IMG/VR virus record: IMGVR_UViG_3300044454_000081
Span: 1-25,158 of that record
Direction: 5' to 3' (one strand)
Source of the DNA: a virus
Lineage: Duplodnaviria; Caudoviricetes
Length of the DNA: 25,158 nt
This document shows positions 23,732 to 25,158 of this stretch, in pieces. The position numbers and the translations under genes are program-made. The notes under the pieces are model-generated. The model made no database searches. It saw only the letters and a program-made list of their open reading frames with translations, and was not told the origin of the DNA. The number at the start of each line of letters is the position of its first letter. Position 1 is the stretch's first letter.

Positions 23732-25158
23732 TAACCCAAATTGCGGAAAGCTGCGGTCTTCTGCACCTGTTCCCTTACCATATCGATTGCTGCTGCTTCG
23801 TTGTGCACGCCGTTGGTTGCCACTGTCTTTTCGACACGCTTGGGTTCCTGCGACGTTTCGTTGGTGAGCGGGTGGCCGTCCTGCCCCTTGGCAATGGAGC
23901 GCACCACACCCTTGGGCGGCACGGGACGGCGCTTGATTTCCGCAAGCTCGCTCTTCGTGCTGTCCAGTTCTTTGCGTAACTCGCCGATCTGCTCGGCGGA
24001 TTGCAGTGCAAGCTTGAACAAGCTGCCAGTACCGCCCACCTTCTCGGCGTCGGCTTCGGTCAAGTTGTCCTTGCTGCACTTGGCGCCCAGCGTGCACAGG
24101 TGCTCGTGCGCCTGTTGCAGGGCTTCCTTGTCCTCGGTGGCGTAGCGCACGCGCGCCTTTTCCAAGATTTCGTCGATGCACTCGTCTTGCTGTTCCACGT
24201 ACTTTTGGAAGAAGTTGCCCGCGCGCCACTCGTCCTCGCTCATCACACCGAGCGCTGTCTTGTAAAACCCACTCAACGTAAGCGCCGGATCTTTCAGCTG
24301 TGTGCGCAGACCGTCGACTTTGTGCATGGACGCGAGCGAGCGCAACGCAATGCCAGGAGATACGGATTCCACGGCTGCCTGCGGGTAACGATCCTGCAAC
24401 TCCTCAACCAGTTCGTCTGCTTCTTCCTGCGCCATGTTGACAAAAATTTCGACGCCGTTTTGCAGCCACTTGCGCATGGTTTCGGGAATCGGGCTGTTGT
24501 CGCCTTCGCTTACCAAGTCACCGTAAGCGCTCGAGCAGACACCCGCCAATGCTTGCATCGCTGCGGCGAACCGCTGGACGTTGTACAAGTCCTTCGCCAG
24601 CGCGCCAGTGCTTTGCAGCTTCTCCGCATCCCAACCTTCGGGCAGCTCGTCTACCACGCCGAGCGCCTTCGCGCGCTTGATGATGTGCGCTTTGGCTGCT
24701 GCGGGATCCTTGGCGCGCCCGTACGCTTTGATGGCGTTCTTGAGGTCGTTCACGTTCTTGATAGGGAAGCTGCCATCGGGCATCGCCTGCCCCTTGTCAG
24801 CCGCTTCGTCCCGCTCGTCCGTGTCGAACTGACGCTTGGCCAGCTTGAGCAGGGATTCCGGAGTGACTTCGCCGCTGTCGAGCAGCTTTGCCAGTTCGTC
24901 GACGGCGCTGAGTGTGCTGTCGTCGGCTCCCGCTTCGCGTGCGGCGGCTTCGGCTTGCGCAACCTTTTCGACAGTGGCGGCGGGTTGCTGTGCGTCCGCC
25001 TTTGCCATTTCCGTTTGCTGTGCCTTGTCCATCGCTGCTTGCGCCGCCTTCGCTGCCTTGTCGGCTGCACACTTGGCGCACGCCGCCTTCTTTTCCTCGG
25101 GCGACATGGCATCCCACTTGTCCTGTGGAATGTCATCTGGCTTGGTGTGCTCTGCTTC
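23731..25158 (-). CDS. prohead protease/scaffold protein, 5'-truncated
   Basis: The frame is open from the window edge (EAEHTKPDDIPQDKWDA-MSPEE...). Charged helical sequence with a C-terminal coiled coil, directly upstream of the capsid gene. Confidence 0.8.
   Translation of the reverse strand, partial: EAEHTKPDDIPQDKWDAMSPEEKKAACAKCAADKAAKAAQAAMDKAQQTEMAKADAQQPAATVEKVAQAEAAAREAGADDSTLSAVDELAKLLDSGEVTPESLLKLAKRQFDTDERDEAADKGQAMPDGSFPIKNVNDLKNAIKAYGRAKDPAAAKAHIIKRAKALGVVDELPEGWDAEKLQSTGALAKDLYNVQRFAAAMQALAGVCSSAYGDLVSEGDNSPIPETMRKWLQNGVEIFVNMAQEEADELVEELQDRYPQAAVESVSPGIALRSLASMHKVDGLRTQLKDPALTLSGFYKTALGVMSEDEWRAGNFFQKYVEQQDECIDEILEKARVRYATEDKEALQQAHEHLCTLGAKCSKDNLTEADAEKVGGTGSLFKLALQSAEQIGELRKELDSTKSELAEIKRRPVPPKGVVRSIAKGQDGHPLTNETSQEPKRVEKTVATNGVHNEAAAIDMVREQVQKTAAFRNLG

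Noticed and set aside
23663-24229. 188-aa overlapping ORF as a frameshift extension of the scaffold
   Set aside because: Arg-rich off-frame composition, no clear slippery site, and it does not join the capsid frame.
1-25158. Gene transfer agent cluster, tRNAs, integrase or defence genes
   Set aside because: The tail tip is GTA-like, but the head genes, long tape measure, lysis cassette and accessory genes indicate a genuine phage. No tRNA, integrase or known defence motifs were recognised.

Overview
The window is a single minus-strand late operon of a tailed dsDNA phage or prophage (about 60% GC by eye). The host is Gram-negative, judged from the two-component spanin. Transcription runs right to left, with tight or overlapping gene junctions. 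The order is: 5'-truncated prohead protease/scaffold, major capsid protein, head-tail joining proteins, tail tube, tail assembly chaperones with a -1 frameshift, tape measure, a GTA-like siphovirus tail tip (DUF2460 Dit, DUF2163 hub, NlpC/P60, large tip protein), two paralogous fibre proteins, an expanded lysis cassette (three membrane proteins, GH24 endolysin, i-/o-spanin), and a ~4.8 kb accessory block. That block holds a SHOCT protein, secreted Cys-containing proteins, a lyase/lectin-like protein, a poly-Pro beta-propeller and a DUF1508 protein. The most notable points are: the post-lysis extracellular/glycan-directed cluster with a hidden in-frame internal gene; an endolysin with Asp at the conserved catalytic Thr position; an unlisted 34-aa membrane peptide; the same inserted domain in the adaptor and tail tube; and paralogous small genes placed after both the capsid and tail tube genes. 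All family assignments come from motif recognition and synteny, not database searches.
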